A DNA stretch of 62,806 nt, counting the filler, from Basidiobolus ranarum (Eukaryota): NCBI GenBank assembly GCA_040143965.1. It is 42 parts of 42 records of this genome, joined end to end, with 100 filler letters (N's around TTAATTAATTAA, not from the genome) between each part and the next. Parts side by side here need not be neighbours in the genome. Positions count along the whole stretch, not along the records: positions 49,487 to 50,879 come from JASJQH010012195.1; positions 50,980 to 52,371 come from JASJQH010012196.1; positions 52,472 to 53,863 come from JASJQH010012197.1; positions 53,964 to 55,355 come from JASJQH010012198.1; positions 55,456 to 56,846 come from JASJQH010012199.1; positions 56,947 to 58,337 come from JASJQH010012200.1; positions 58,438 to 59,827 come from JASJQH010012202.1; positions 59,928 to 61,317 come from JASJQH010012203.1; 34 more parts are not named here. One strand, given 5' to 3'. The position numbers were made by a program, and so were the translations under genes. The notes below the pieces were generated by a model. The model saw nothing but the letters and a program-made list of their open reading frames with translations, was not told where the DNA came from and searched no databases. Below are positions 49,566-61,417 of this stretch, piece by piece; positions within the stretch are counted from its first letter, which is position 1; every line of letters begins with the position of its first letter.

Positions 49566-50150
49566 AGATTGCGCCGTAAATAATTTCAACAGGGGCTAGG
49601 GTTGCATAGTACTGCCCTCAAAATTGTTACTTTGAGTTTGGTGTAAAAAGCATATTGCACTCTAAACTGATTCACTCACTGCAATGAATATAAGTGTCTA
49701 ATATTGCCAAGATTGGTGAAGTCACTTTCATAACATGAAGAACTGTCATTTAGGCTCTGCTTAAGCAGTGTGACAAAAATCAAGTTAATAAACTGAGTAA
49801 AGAAGAGATATTGTCAACCAAAAAAATGCATGCAAAAAAGTGAATCAGTTATAAGCGCCAGTGTATAAAAAATGAAATGGAAGCAGAGGTTCTGACACTA
49901 ATCCCCAGGTTTATTCTATCAGGCAGTGCTTTACGTCTTCGAAGTAGATACACTCCAAGGCTGACACCAATTGGGTACATAAGGCGATGTACTGTATTTG
50001 AGGTGAATCAAAAAGCCAATCAATAGGTATCGATAGAAAATATGACTTTTGTGTGCTTACGCTATGGTTCATATGTACATACACACTAAAGATTCCTTGA
50101 AATAGAGATTTATTTGTAAAATATACAAAGAGGTAATAATAAAAGTGATG

Positions 50151-50879
50151 TCAGAGATTATTTTGAGACATATAATTATCTAAGTATCCATAAAAGTCAC
50201 TGGTATGGGATTCACGAAGATTAGATTGTTGGTTAGCAATACGTTCCCATTCGAGCCATCGGTTCATAGGCACAGAATTATTATCGAATTCACCATCTTT
50301 ACCTCCATGGTCTTGGCCGCCCTCAGAATCCCCTTCAACCTGTCTAGTTTGCCCCCAAGTGAAATCGTCGAAATGCCAATACGCATAAGAAGGGAGTACC
50401 AGGTTCCAGATGGGTAGTGTCAGTAGATAAACTATCATATACCACAAATAAATAAACCTTCGTGTTGTGGAAAGAATCAACAATGCTGGTAGGCCTAGCA
50501 CCAAACTGAGCAATATTAAGGGAATAACAGGAGGGGATTTGACCACAAAGGAGAGTACAAGTAAATAGATAGTAAAGATAATGGCGGCTGGTAAAACCAC
50601 GGTTCCTATCAGCTCCATGAATACGAAGAACTGCATGGAGAAACAAAATATCCCACACAAATCCCTGACTAGCACCAGTTCTAACATATTATGAACTGTG
50701 GAGTTGATCCAACGTCTTCGTTGGGAGAGAAGGATTGCGAATGTATCGGGTACCACTGTTTTACATATTGCTTGAGGTACAAAAAGCATTTTTCTCTTGG
50801 GGAAAGTTTTCAGCATTAATGTAGTGAGGTATCGATCCTCTCCTAGTAATAAGAGATTCTTTTTGTGAAGCGTATCGAC
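50151..50879 (-). CDS. Chitin synthase, class IV (Chs3-like), 3' part
   Basis: [56 protein letters not shown]; transmembrane helices; normal CpG. Confidence 0.96.
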   Translation of the reverse strand, partial: VDTLHKKNLLLLGEDRYLTTLMLKTFPKRKMLFVPQAICKTVVPDTFAILLSQRRRWINSTVHNMLELVLVRDLCGIFCFSMQFFVFMELIGTVVLPAAIIFTIYLLVLSFVVKSPPVIPLILLSLVLGLPALLILSTTRRFIYLWYMIVYLLTLPIWNLVLPSYAYWHFDDFTWGQTRQVEGDSEGGQDHGGKDGEFDNNSVPMNRWLEWERIANQQSNLRESHTSDFYGYLDNYMSQNNL

Positions 50880-50979
50880 NNNNNNNNNNNNNNNNNNNNN
50901 NNNNNNNNNNNNNNNNNNNNNNNTTAATTAATTAANNNNNNNNNNNNNNNNNNNNNNNNNNNNNNNNNNNNNNNNNNNN

Positions 50980-51953
50980 GAAAAAGAAGCCCAAGAAGAA
51001 TGGCCTATAATGCTATTACATTTGAAGCCCTATATAAATCAAAACCAAGTGTGGATCATCTCAGGATCCTTGGTTGTGAAGCATGTTGCCTTGTCCCTGT
51101 TCAAAGCACTCTAAATTGGAACCCAATAGCAATAAATACCTATTTCTTGGTTACTTTGATGGATCAAAGGCCTACATATTGGTTGATACCAAAAAATCAG
51201 AAGTTGATTAGATGCAGAGATGAGTTTTTTGATGAAAAAGCATTCTGTTCACCTGAAATCACAGTTCTTGGTCCTGAAAGCACAAGCAGCCCTTGTCAGG
51301 AAGTGTCTAACAAGATTCCAGCTGTATATGCACCCAATTTGACCTAAATTCCAGCCCCAATTGCATCAGAGGATGACTCATGACCCAGAAGATAATCCAG
51401 AAGGACAAACAGTCCACAGAACTAGTGGAACACTTCCAGTGTTGATGTATATACTTTTGCAGAATTCTGGACAAGCCACAGACTCTAGATCAAGCTCTGG
51501 AATGTCCAGAATCAAAGTTGCGGGAAGACACATTGTCTGATTAGTTTTTTTCACTGATGGATAAAAGAACATGGGTTCTAGGTCCTCCAAAATCTGGCAG
51601 AAAGCCATTTTGTTGTGAATTAATATACAAAATCAAAAACTAAGCTGAAGGAACCATTGAATGGTTCAAAGCAAGAATACATGCAAAAGGTTTTTCCCAG
51701 ACTCTAGCAGTTGATTTTAATGAAAATTTTGCCCCAGTAGCTAAGTGTAGCTTCAGTTGATCAATACTGTCACTCTCAGCTGTCCATGACCTTGATTTAG
51801 ATCAGATGGATGTAAAAACAGCCTTTGTGAATGGAAATCTAGAAGAAGAGATCTGAATAGAGCTACCAGATGGCTTTGTTGACTGAAAGCACCCTGATTT
51901 GATCTGTAAACTGCTAAATTTGCTATATGAACTCAAGCAAGCACCCAGGGCAT
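50980..51953 (+). mobile_element. Decayed copia integrase-RT, followed by nested LTRs (51954-52032; family D 52033-52371)
   Basis: [36 protein letters not shown]. Confidence 0.9.
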
Positions 51954-52766
51954 TGTCACAATAAGGAACTGGACAAGGTCTGAGAACAGCAACAAGAGGC
52001 TAGAAAGTAGGAGGGTACTTGGGTGTAGATTATGTTGAAATTAGGTAAATAGCAACTCATTATTTAGTAGTTAGTTTATCCATATTCTGATTATTTAGCA
52101 CTCAATTCTGTTATTCAAAAACGTGTGTTAATTGCTCTAATTGATAGAAATATCAATTAGATCACTTTTACCAATTTTCACTATTTTCTCAAAACTTCTC
52201 CAAATCACCTCAAATTTTCACCCATGCTTAACAGGCATGTTTGTTATGATCTAAGCACGTCCAATAGTCCTATTTCATAGTAAACTATAAATAGGACATA
52301 TTCAATTCAATAAAACTTAAGTGTCTAATTCACAAATCCAAATCTTGTCCAAAACACTTCCAAATCCCCTANNNNNNNNNNNNNNNNNNNNNNNNNNNNN
52401 NNNNNNNNNNNNNNNTTAATTAATTAANNNNNNNNNNNNNNNNNNNNNNNNNNNNNNNNNNNNNNNNNNNNATCATCCCTCTTTGTATTGGTCCTTGAAG
52501 CCCCCAACATCCTAACTCTTGAACTTGCCACAGTATAATCCATATTAAGTATATTATGTTTCACCTTGCAATATCTATATAAGCCCCATATATTCCTTGA
52601 TCAGACTGAGGTCTGATCAATGCCAGTTATCAATAAAGATTCTTGCCAAAGTATCTTCCTTGTCCAGTCTTGTCTTGTCTTGTCTTGTGGTGTACACCCT
52701 AGTACTCTCCTGCATTCTGACCACCTGTTGTTGTTCCCAGTCCTTGTCCAGTTCCTTATTGTGACA

Positions 52767-53863
52767 TTAGTATTGTATTTGGATAATAGGTATGTATATG
52801 CCTGATAGAGTAAATGCTATTGATTTGACCAAATATACAGCATGATGGAGCATTGTGCCCACAAAAACCTCCAAGTTTACTGATGGCAGGAGTGTTACTA
52901 ATACATACAATGATATTGGCTTTAAAAAAGTATTCACCTATCCAAACCACATTAGATAACCATTCTTCTTTTGCAATCAAAGGCTCTAAGAAGCTATCCA
53001 TAAGCACAGGTGATTTAGGTCCAGATATTATGGATAGTATCAACATATAATGACTCTTATACCATTCTGAAGGAGGAAGATTTAACTTAATCAAAATTAT
53101 TGCCAGCAAGCCTTTCCAGCAGTATAGTTGTTTAGTGAGAAACCATCCAGAGCCAATGCAAAAGCATGATTGTATGTTTCTCAAATAAACCTTGATTTTC
53201 AGATACTGATAGTGATAGCCATCAAGTATATTGGTAATACCATCAACTTTATGGTGAGTACTTTGGTTTTTCTGCCTTCATCATTCTGGTCATGTAACAG
53301 TGGTTGCTACACAGTATCATGACTTTTGGCAGTGTTGCCAAAACTTTGAGGCAAAGCATGGCCAGTGGACTCAGTGGGCCAAACTAAAGTCAATTTTGAG
53401 CACTTATTACTGTTAATATTCACCAGTCTTTGTGCTGCTGGTGGCATTGTACAATGACCATGCTTGGGATTATTTCTTGTATGAAGCTCTTGGCTTTGAA
53501 TGCACAAGAATATGTAATTATAATAGCCTGGCTTCTTTATAAATTTATGTTGTGGAATGAAATAAACATTGTAGAAAACGAGCACCTCTAGCTTACTGAT
53601 GGTAATTGAGGTATATCCCATCAATATCATTAGCTGATTCTGAGACAGTGTCACGGATTAGTCAGCAGGGGATTTACAAGATATTTCTGGTAATGGATGG
53701 CAGTTTGGGTTTAATATAAGCTGTTTCTAAGCAATTTCATTACACCAATTCTAATAACAGAAAATTTTAATACAGTTTAAAAAGCATTCTAGATATGAAT
53801 CAAAACTGGCTTTCAAGCAAAAGCCTGCTAGTACAAATGGAAAAAACCAGCAAGAACAGAGGA
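52767..53863 (-). mobile_element. CMC transposase 5' region with internal deletion and divergent ORF2 start; an LTR-like repeat ending TTGTGACA lies to the left
   Basis: NLPPSEWYKSHYMLILSIISGPKSP; collinear with 27037-28435. Confidence 0.82.
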
Positions 53864-54116
53864 NNNNNNNNNNNNNNNNNNNNNNNNNNNNNNNNNNNNN
53901 NNNNNNNTTAATTAATTAANNNNNNNNNNNNNNNNNNNNNNNNNNNNNNNNNNNNNNNNNNNNATTGTAGGAAAAGAACAATGCAAAACTAACTCAAACC
54001 AAAGTTTTACTCCAGGTTAAAAAAGAACCAAGAGCCTTTAACACAATTTGTCTTAATGATAAAGACAAATTGCCAATTCAATCCTCAACAGCCAAAGCTG
54101 CAAAGAAGCTTCGGAA

Positions 54117-54650
54117 TGTTAAAGTATTTTGGAGGCTGTTGCAAGTGGTTTGAAGAATTAGAGAAATCAGTGGTGTTTGCTTATTGATTTATTGATTAGA
54201 TAGTTGACACTTATACTCTTGTCAAGTTGTAAACAAACTAACATGTTGAATGTGTTAAAGAAGGTCCCAGGAACATGTGTGCAAAGTTTGGGGCTTCTAG
54301 CACAAGTTTGAACAGCTATATATCCAAGAACTTCTGAGTTGGTAAAAATAATCCAAGTAAGTTCTGATTGAGAATAATGGGTAATATCTAGTGAAATATA
54401 AGATAGCTAAGTACTAAGCTATATATGACCATATAGGTGTTTAGGTAATGCTAATTTCAACACTCTCCCTCAACCAAATAGTCATATAAACTAATCCAAA
54501 GGAAGGTCTAAGCTTCTCAAACTTCTGTCAAGCTAATGGTTTGGTCAACATACCAGCAATGATCTCTTCTGTAGAATAGTAAGTCAAATCAATAAACTTA
54601 TTCTCTATAGTATCTTAAGTGAAGACATGCCTAATATATATGTTTGGCAC
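54117..54650 (-). mobile_element. Copia family B RNase H end, PPT and 3' LTR (54117-54462)
   Basis: EEIIAGMLTKPL-like RNase H end, PPT TTGAGGGAGAG, LTR TGTTGAAATTAGC...TTTAACA. Confidence 0.88.
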
Positions 54651-54770
54651 TATTTTTATTATTACAGCAGGGTATTGAAGCTTTCCAAAGGTTAGGGAGA
54701 GTTCTATTTTACTTACAAATTGTTGATCTTTAATCCGGGGTTACTTTTTGGACTATTTCTGGCTACATGT

Positions 54771-55052
54771 TGCTGAAATCATTGAGGGAGAAATATTGGT
54801 CAGGCCAGGATTTGAACCTGAGACCTCCTTCACTCTAGCAAGATGCTTTAACCATTGAGCTACCAGTCCTTGTATGCTATGCCTATATTGCTAGGGAACC
54901 TTAACCTAGTCTGTCAATGTATGGTACTTTGGCATCTCAGCTATACAAGGAACTGATTGGCCTTAGACTTTGTGTTCAGATGCAGTCACCATACTCCATA
55001 TTTTCCTCTTTGGGAATTATCACTTGTACCACAAGTCACCAGACTTTCAACA
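54771..55052. mobile_element. 282-bp LTR-like element containing a tRNA-like cassette
   Basis: Termini TGCTGAAAT...TTTCAACA; each terminus is confirmed by a separate copy (49591, 45070); no target-site duplication visible. Confidence 0.78.
54797..54869 (-). pseudogene. tRNA-like sequence (73 nt), second copy
   Basis: GGACTGG TA GCTC AATGGTTA AAGC A TCTTG CTAGAGT GAAGG AGGTC TCAGG TTCAAAT CCTGG CCTGACC A; A box TAGCTCAATGG, B box GGTTCAAATCC. Confidence 0.78.
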
Positions 55053-55455
55053 GTTTCACCCTACTATATCTATATAAGCTCCCTATTTTCCTTGATCAGA
55101 CCTTATTGGGAAAATATGGGCTATTTGGAGGAACTTAAGAAAAGTAGAGTTGTGAATAGCTTTGTGAGATAATTATATATTTTCCGGAAATAAAGCATTT
55201 ATACATTTTGGTGGAAATACAGAAAACTAACACTGGGGTTTTGTTCAGAACATCTGTGGGAGTAAAATGAGCTATCTTTGGGGCAATTTGGACTAGTTTG
55301 AAATTTCCAATATGGAATTGCTAATTCTCACATTATTCACATATATATATATAATNNNNNNNNNNNNNNNNNNNNNNNNNNNNNNNNNNNNNNNNNNNNT
55401 TAATTAATTAANNNNNNNNNNNNNNNNNNNNNNNNNNNNNNNNNNNNNNNNNNNN

Positions 55456-56106
55456 CTACAAGGACTGGACTAGATTTCTTGATTGTTGTGATAGAGAGGG
55501 ATTTGACATAGGCAGAGTGAATAAAACAGGAGAAAGCACCTGAATCAAGAAGTGCTGTTGTTTTTATTGACTTGGAATTTGGTAGCAGGAGTGTAATGTG
55601 CAGCTTTGATGATTTGTATGACTGCAGAGATTGCAATGTATGGTGAAGATACATTTTTGAAGATGGTTGGTCCTACTGCATGCCCATTATTGCAGCTGGG
55701 CATTGAAGTTTTCCAATGGTTAGGAGGAGCTCTCTTCTACTTCTATATTGTTGATCTCCAATCTATGATTCTTTTTCAGACAGGTTCTTGCTACATATCC
55801 AGGAGCTCCACAATAGAGGCATAGATTCTCTTGTTGGTGTCAATATTTCTCCTCAGAGCTAAGCTTTCTGAATCAAGTTCCATAAATTTGCATTGGGTCA
55901 TCTGCTTGAGCTGTATTTTGGGCTTGATTGAAGAGAGGTCAGAAAGTAGAAGAGGAAGGAGAGAAGAAACAAGCCATATTTCTTTGTTGTTGTCTTTCAA
56001 ACAATCAGTTATCACATTTAACTGCCTGATGGATAGCATCAGTCAAGGTCACTGAGTCAGCCATAGTGAGTAAAAGATCCTTAATATATTCTTGGAGTAT
56101 ATATTA
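55456..56106 (-). mobile_element. Ty3/gypsy gag end and protease start
   Basis: CCHC knuckle and ALLDSGAFSCFI; interrupted by a CMC end (56107-56846). Confidence 0.88.
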
Positions 56107-57068
56107 CCCTAACAAAAATAAAATGGATTTGATCCGGATTGGATCCACCCTCCAAAATAGCAAACCATCAGAGAACCATCACAATTTCATTGGCTTGCAT
56201 TCTGCCAGGGTTTTGATATTATGATGGTGATGTCTTGATGGCATCTTAATGGTATTCATACATGTTATAATATTGATCCTCAAATTTGGCATGTGTCATT
56301 CAATATCCAGCAATTTTTGCAAAAATATATTCTTGAATGGCAAATTACTGGGTTTACTGCTGTAAGAATTTGAATTAATATGCATGCCGTTATTTAGATA
56401 TTTTAGGCTTTGTATTCCAGCCATAATGAGAATCAAAAAATTCAAGAATCTTATTGTGTTTAGTCTCTACATATGCACATATTTGACTGATTAGACATAA
56501 CTCAACAACATCAATATGCCTTACCAGCTAACAAACATTGGAAAAATTGCTAAACATCTAAAATTTTGAATAGCACTGACACTTGGCTAATAGCTGACTC
56601 TTGTTACCATTCACAATGAGAATAAGCTCTTGTATTTTGGCAAATTTCCGTAAAGAATTCAGCCAATATATCTCCAACTTGCAGTCAACAAATGTCCTGC
56701 CTTTAGTAGATGTGTCATTGCTTGAATAGATTACTCCATGGCTAAAATGATAATACTGCATATCTCCATCTATCTCACCAAGAAGTCTGTCTTGCAGCTT
56801 TCCTAAAAATACCATCAGATTATCACACAAGCAAATTAGTCCAATTNNNNNNNNNNNNNNNNNNNNNNNNNNNNNNNNNNNNNNNNNNNNTTAATTAATT
56901 AANNNNNNNNNNNNNNNNNNNNNNNNNNNNNNNNNNNNNNNNNNNNCAAATACCAACTTTATGTGGGGGGTGTTCTTTTTTGTATAATGTCCTTCTCATG
57001 CCAAAACACAAAAGTTTAAAGAAGCCCTGCTATTATTGTCACAGATTCTTGAGCTATGAAAGCCAGAG

Positions 57069-57337
57069 TGTTGTATCCAAGAGAAAAGGGGATAAAAAGT
57101 CTGGAACTTTACTGAACCAAAGAAACAGTTAAGTGTAGAATCTTAGAACTATTTAAGCAGGATATATCAGCAGAGCAGATCTAACTAATATATGTCCTGG
57201 GAATAGCAGTGGGTTGCTATGTTACAATAGAGAGTAGGTTTGCTAGGCAGCTAGGCCAGGGGATCCATAGATGCTAGTGGATACTGGGGTTGGATAGAAA
57301 TGAGAGGGTATGTCTCAACAAATATAGGATCTCAACA
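57069..57337. mobile_element. LTR-like segment TGTTG...TCAACA
   Basis: Inverted termini; lies between a CMC transposase fragment and gypsy pol; one copy only in this window. Confidence 0.55.
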
Positions 57338-58337
57338 CTTCTCAGTGTTTCTCAACAAATTCAATATTCCCCTCTCATGTTGCTGAATTACAAGCCACAT
57401 TTGTATATGTAGCTAAGGAAAGAACTTCAGTCACTAAGCTCCATACTCTTAAACATTGGTCAAAGTGTGTGATCATAAGAATCTTCAGTAATTAAGTACA
57501 ACCTAAGTTCTCAACTGCCATCAAGCAAGATGTCATTATTTCTTGCTAGTTTTGATTTTATGATTACATATTGACCAGGTAGCTAGCAAGGGAAACCTGA
57601 TGCCTCATCATGTAGAGCTGAATATCAGCATAAAGAAGGGGATGAGGCCTTTGGCCAACAAAATACTTCGTTATTGAAGCCCCATTAACTTCAAATTAAT
57701 GCAACTGCCCTTTCTCTTCCTAGTTCAAGCACATTCCATGAAGACATCTGCAAACTTCAATCTGAAGACTCATTCGGAATATCAATCAAGAAAGCCCAGG
57801 ATTCACCCAAAGGCCTCTCAGGCTTGAACTTTTACCACCATTTCTCTATCATCAATGATCTCTTGTTTTATAAGAAGCACCTTTACATTCCCAACCACAC
57901 TTCTAAACTTGAAATCATGCAGGAAAGACACAACTCACCACTTGCACCTCACTTTGGTAGTGCCAAATCATATATGTTGGCATCCAGCAGTTATTGGTGG
58001 CTCAAAATGTTTGCCTTTGTCAAGACTAATGTTTCCACCTGTGATATTTGTGCCTGAGTGAAGACTCCAAGACATCAGCCCTATGGCCTTCTACAGCAAC
58101 TTCCAATTTCTGATTAGCAGTGGAAATCCATATCCCTGGATTTCATAACTGATCTACCCATGTCTGCCAAATATGATTCAAATCTAGTAGTTGTTGACCA
58201 TCCAGCAAAAATTGCCCACTTTGTGTCCTGCAACAAGTCAATTGATGCAAAACAAACAGCAGAATTTGTAACTAAAAACATCTTCTGCCTACATGGACTC
58301 CCTGAAACTATCATCTCTGACCAAGGACCTCAGTTTG
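57338..58337 (+). mobile_element. Decayed Ty3/gypsy RNase H end and integrase
   Basis: HNSPLAPHFG...YWW...CDIC (HHCC), WKSISLDFITDLP, HGLPETIISDQGPQF. Confidence 0.92.
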
Positions 58338-58552
58338 NNNNNNNNNNNNNNNNNNNNNNNNNNNNNNNNNNNNNNNNNNNNTTAATTAATTAANNNNNNN
58401 NNNNNNNNNNNNNNNNNNNNNNNNNNNNNNNNNNNNNTTTTCTACTAAATAAGTCACCATATACTCTTAAGAATAAACTAACTAAAAACACACTATCATA
58501 AGTTGCTTCTAATACTCAAAGTCTACCCCCATTATGTCAAGATCCTCCAACA

Positions 58553-59066
58553 TTTTCTTCTCCTGCAACAGTATCCCAAAGTCCTTTTTCTTGCAGCAGC
58601 ATTTTCATTTTAATTTTACAAACTTGATAATTGGTTCCATCCATTTTTCAGAAGAGGGAAATGTTCCATAGATTTGAGAAGTATACATTACAGAGAGTCC
58701 AAGCTTGGGGCTCATAGCCTGTTAAAGTGCTTGGGAGCCTGTTGGAAGTGGTTTGGAGAATTAGAGAAATTGGTAGTTTCACTTACTGATTTATTGAGTA
58801 GAAAGTTGACATATATAGTTTTGTCAAGATGTAAGCAAAGCAATGTGTAGAATATGTTAAGGAAGGTCACAGGAATATGTATGCAAAGTTTGGGGCTTCT
58901 AGCACAAGTTTGAAAAATCTATATATCTGAGAACTTCTAAGTTGGTAAAAATATTCCAAGCAAATTTCAATTAAGAATAATGGATAATATCTTAGTGAAC
59001 TATAAGATAACTAAGTATTAAGCTATATATGACTATATAGGTGTTTAGGCAAAGCTAATTTCAACA
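58553..59066 (-). mobile_element. Copia family B 5' end: LTR (58720-59066), PBS (58708-58719), gag start
   Basis: ...CTTTAACA GGCTATGAGCCC; gag homologous to 16913-17107; a family C LTR end lies at 58438-58552. Confidence 0.9.
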
Positions 59067-59659
59067 GATACCATCATATCATACCAGGATTATCATCTAT
59101 ATCCACCTATCCAGACATTTATTTGGATGCAATGACTGGAAGTATTATATTTGTATATATTCAAGTGGAATCTTGAAAAGATTTCTGCCTGATAATTTCT
59201 GGTATATCAGGAGTTGTGTGACAATATTGTTAATATATTCTTATAGCATCAACTCAAATTGGCAGATCTTAGGCAGATACAGCAACTGTGCAAAGATTTT
59301 GAAATTGAATATGAAAACTTTATTACAGGTTTAAAGAAGATGGCCTGAGTCTATGCCAGTATTCAATAAATTCCCTGCTGCATCTTTCACAATGCTTAGA
59401 GATCATAGCCCTGTGCTATACATTCTGGGAGTTCCTGATGGTGCATACCTGCAGTGAAATGATGCTTTGTATGAAATCATCATTATTGCTATATGTCAAT
59501 CTGGTTAACAATGTAATAGCAAAATCAGTGATGGTGTAATGCAATGGGTTAAGGAGACTCTGGGCTACATTAACCTTCCAACACAGGGCTCTTTTCAATG
59601 TGCTCATGGGTTTTTGCATTATTTGAGCATAATAACAGCAACAAAGCCCAATTCATTCA
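59067..59659 (+). mobile_element. Decayed CMC transposase segment
   Basis: Overlaps 40138-40416 at one end and the start of 30035-30808 at the other. Confidence 0.8.
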
Positions 59660-59827
59660 TAAAGGCTAAATATAGAGGATGGCAAGGATGGAGAATTCGA
59701 GCTTATATTTTCTTAAACCAAAAATATCACTTCGATAATATCTATAATAATATAATTGTTTCATTCTTCTTAAACTTTGCTTTTGTTACTCACAAAATCT
59801 TAGATAGAGGAGCTATTGAATTTATTG
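59660..59827 (+). pseudogene. nad5: Probable NUMT: mitochondrial nad5 C-terminal fragment
   Basis: YIFLNQKYHFDNIYNNIIVSFFLNFAFVTHKILDRGAIEFI resembles the fungal Nad5 FLN..YxFDxxYN...LDRGxIExxG region; abrupt join to transposase DNA; left boundary approximate. Confidence 0.75.
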
Positions 59828-59927
59828 NNNNNNNNNNNNNNNNNNNNNNNNNNNNNNNNNNNNNNNNNNNNTTAATTAATTAANNNNNNNNNNNNNNNNN
59901 NNNNNNNNNNNNNNNNNNNNNNNNNNN

Positions 59928-61317
59928 AGCAGAAACAGCATACTTCTTGGTTACTGTGCTGGATCTGAGGCCTACAGACTATTTGATACAAACAATCAAA
60001 AATTGATTGAGAGCAGCGATGTCATTTTTGTTTGAAAGCAACTTTTTCACCCCCAAATCAAACTTCTTGATCCAAAAATACAATCAGCACTATTCAGGAA
60101 GTGTCACACAAAATTCCTGCTATATCTGAGCCCTATTTAACTGGAATTCCAGTCCTAATTATCTCACAGGATGATTCAGGACTCAAAAGATGATCCAGAA
60201 GGAGAAATTAGCCAGGAAACTGGTAGAACACTTCCAATGATGATGTAGATGCTTCTACAGTATTCTGTGATGGGCCACAGACTCTAGATCAAGCTCTGGA
60301 GTGTTCAGAAGCAAATATATGGGAAAAACAATGTCAGATGAGTTGTCTGCACTTCAGGCCAATCAAACATGGGTTTTAAGTCCCATTACATCAGGGAGAA
60401 AGCCAATTGGTTGAAAATGGGTCTACAAAGTCAAAAATTGAGCTGATAGAGCTATAGAAAGGTACAAAGCAAGATTAGATGCAAAAGGCTATTCCCAGAC
60501 TTCAGGAGTTGATTTTAATGAAACTTTTGCTCCAGCAGCAAATTTAGCTCCCTTAGATCAGTCCTGGCTCTCTTAGCCATCCATAGCCTTGAGCTACATT
60601 AAATGGATGTAAAAACAGCCTTTCTAAATGGAAATCTACAAGAAGAGATCTACATGGAGCAACCAGATGGATTTGTTGACCCAAAACATCCTGATGTGGT
60701 CTGTAAACTGCAAAATTGCTATATAGACTCAACTAAGCACCCAGGGCATGGTACAAGTAGACAGATACCTATTTGGAATCACTAGAACTCCAAAATGCAC
60801 AGCAGATCACAGTATTTACATCAAAACAACCGGAAATAGGATCCTTATCTTGACAGTACATGTGAGTTACTTAATCATAGCTACAAATTCTCTAGAAGCA
60901 CTCAATCAGACAAAAAGCAGCTTATCAAACCAATTTCAGATGACTGATATGGTTGAATGAAGTTATTTACTTGGAATTCAAATCAAGAGAGACAAACCCA
61001 ATCAGAAAGTGATGCTGAATCCGTCTAGATACATCCTAGACATTGTAAAGTGCATCCACATGGAGCATAGCAAGCCTGTATCAATACTGAAGGATCCTAA
61101 TGTGAAATCAATCAATACAATGCACAAAACGTTGAAGACTACAGTGATGCAGATTGGGGAGGAAACCCTGATGATTGAAGATCAAACATTGGGTACACTG
61201 TTCTCTATGATAATGGAGCCATAACTTGGAATAGTAAGAAGGAACCAACCATAGCACTTTCCACTACAGAAGCAGAGTATATGGCTGCCTCTGCTGCTAC
61301 ACAAGAGGCTATATGGT
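59928..61317 (+). mobile_element. Decayed copia integrase-RT-RNase H
   Basis: [45 protein letters not shown]. Confidence 0.92.
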
Positions 61318-61417
61318 NNNNNNNNNNNNNNNNNNNNNNNNNNNNNNNNNNNNNNNNNNNNTTAATTAATTAANNNNNNNNNNNNNNNNNNNNNNNNNNN
61401 NNNNNNNNNNNNNNNNN

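Noticed and set aside
25538-50879. Myosin / chitin synthase fusion or cluster
   Set aside because: They are on different unlinked contigs; the myosin has a class V tail and the synthase motifs look class IV.
59539-59883. 114-aa membrane protein gene
   Set aside because: Fusion of decayed transposase DNA, the nad5-like fragment and the linker.
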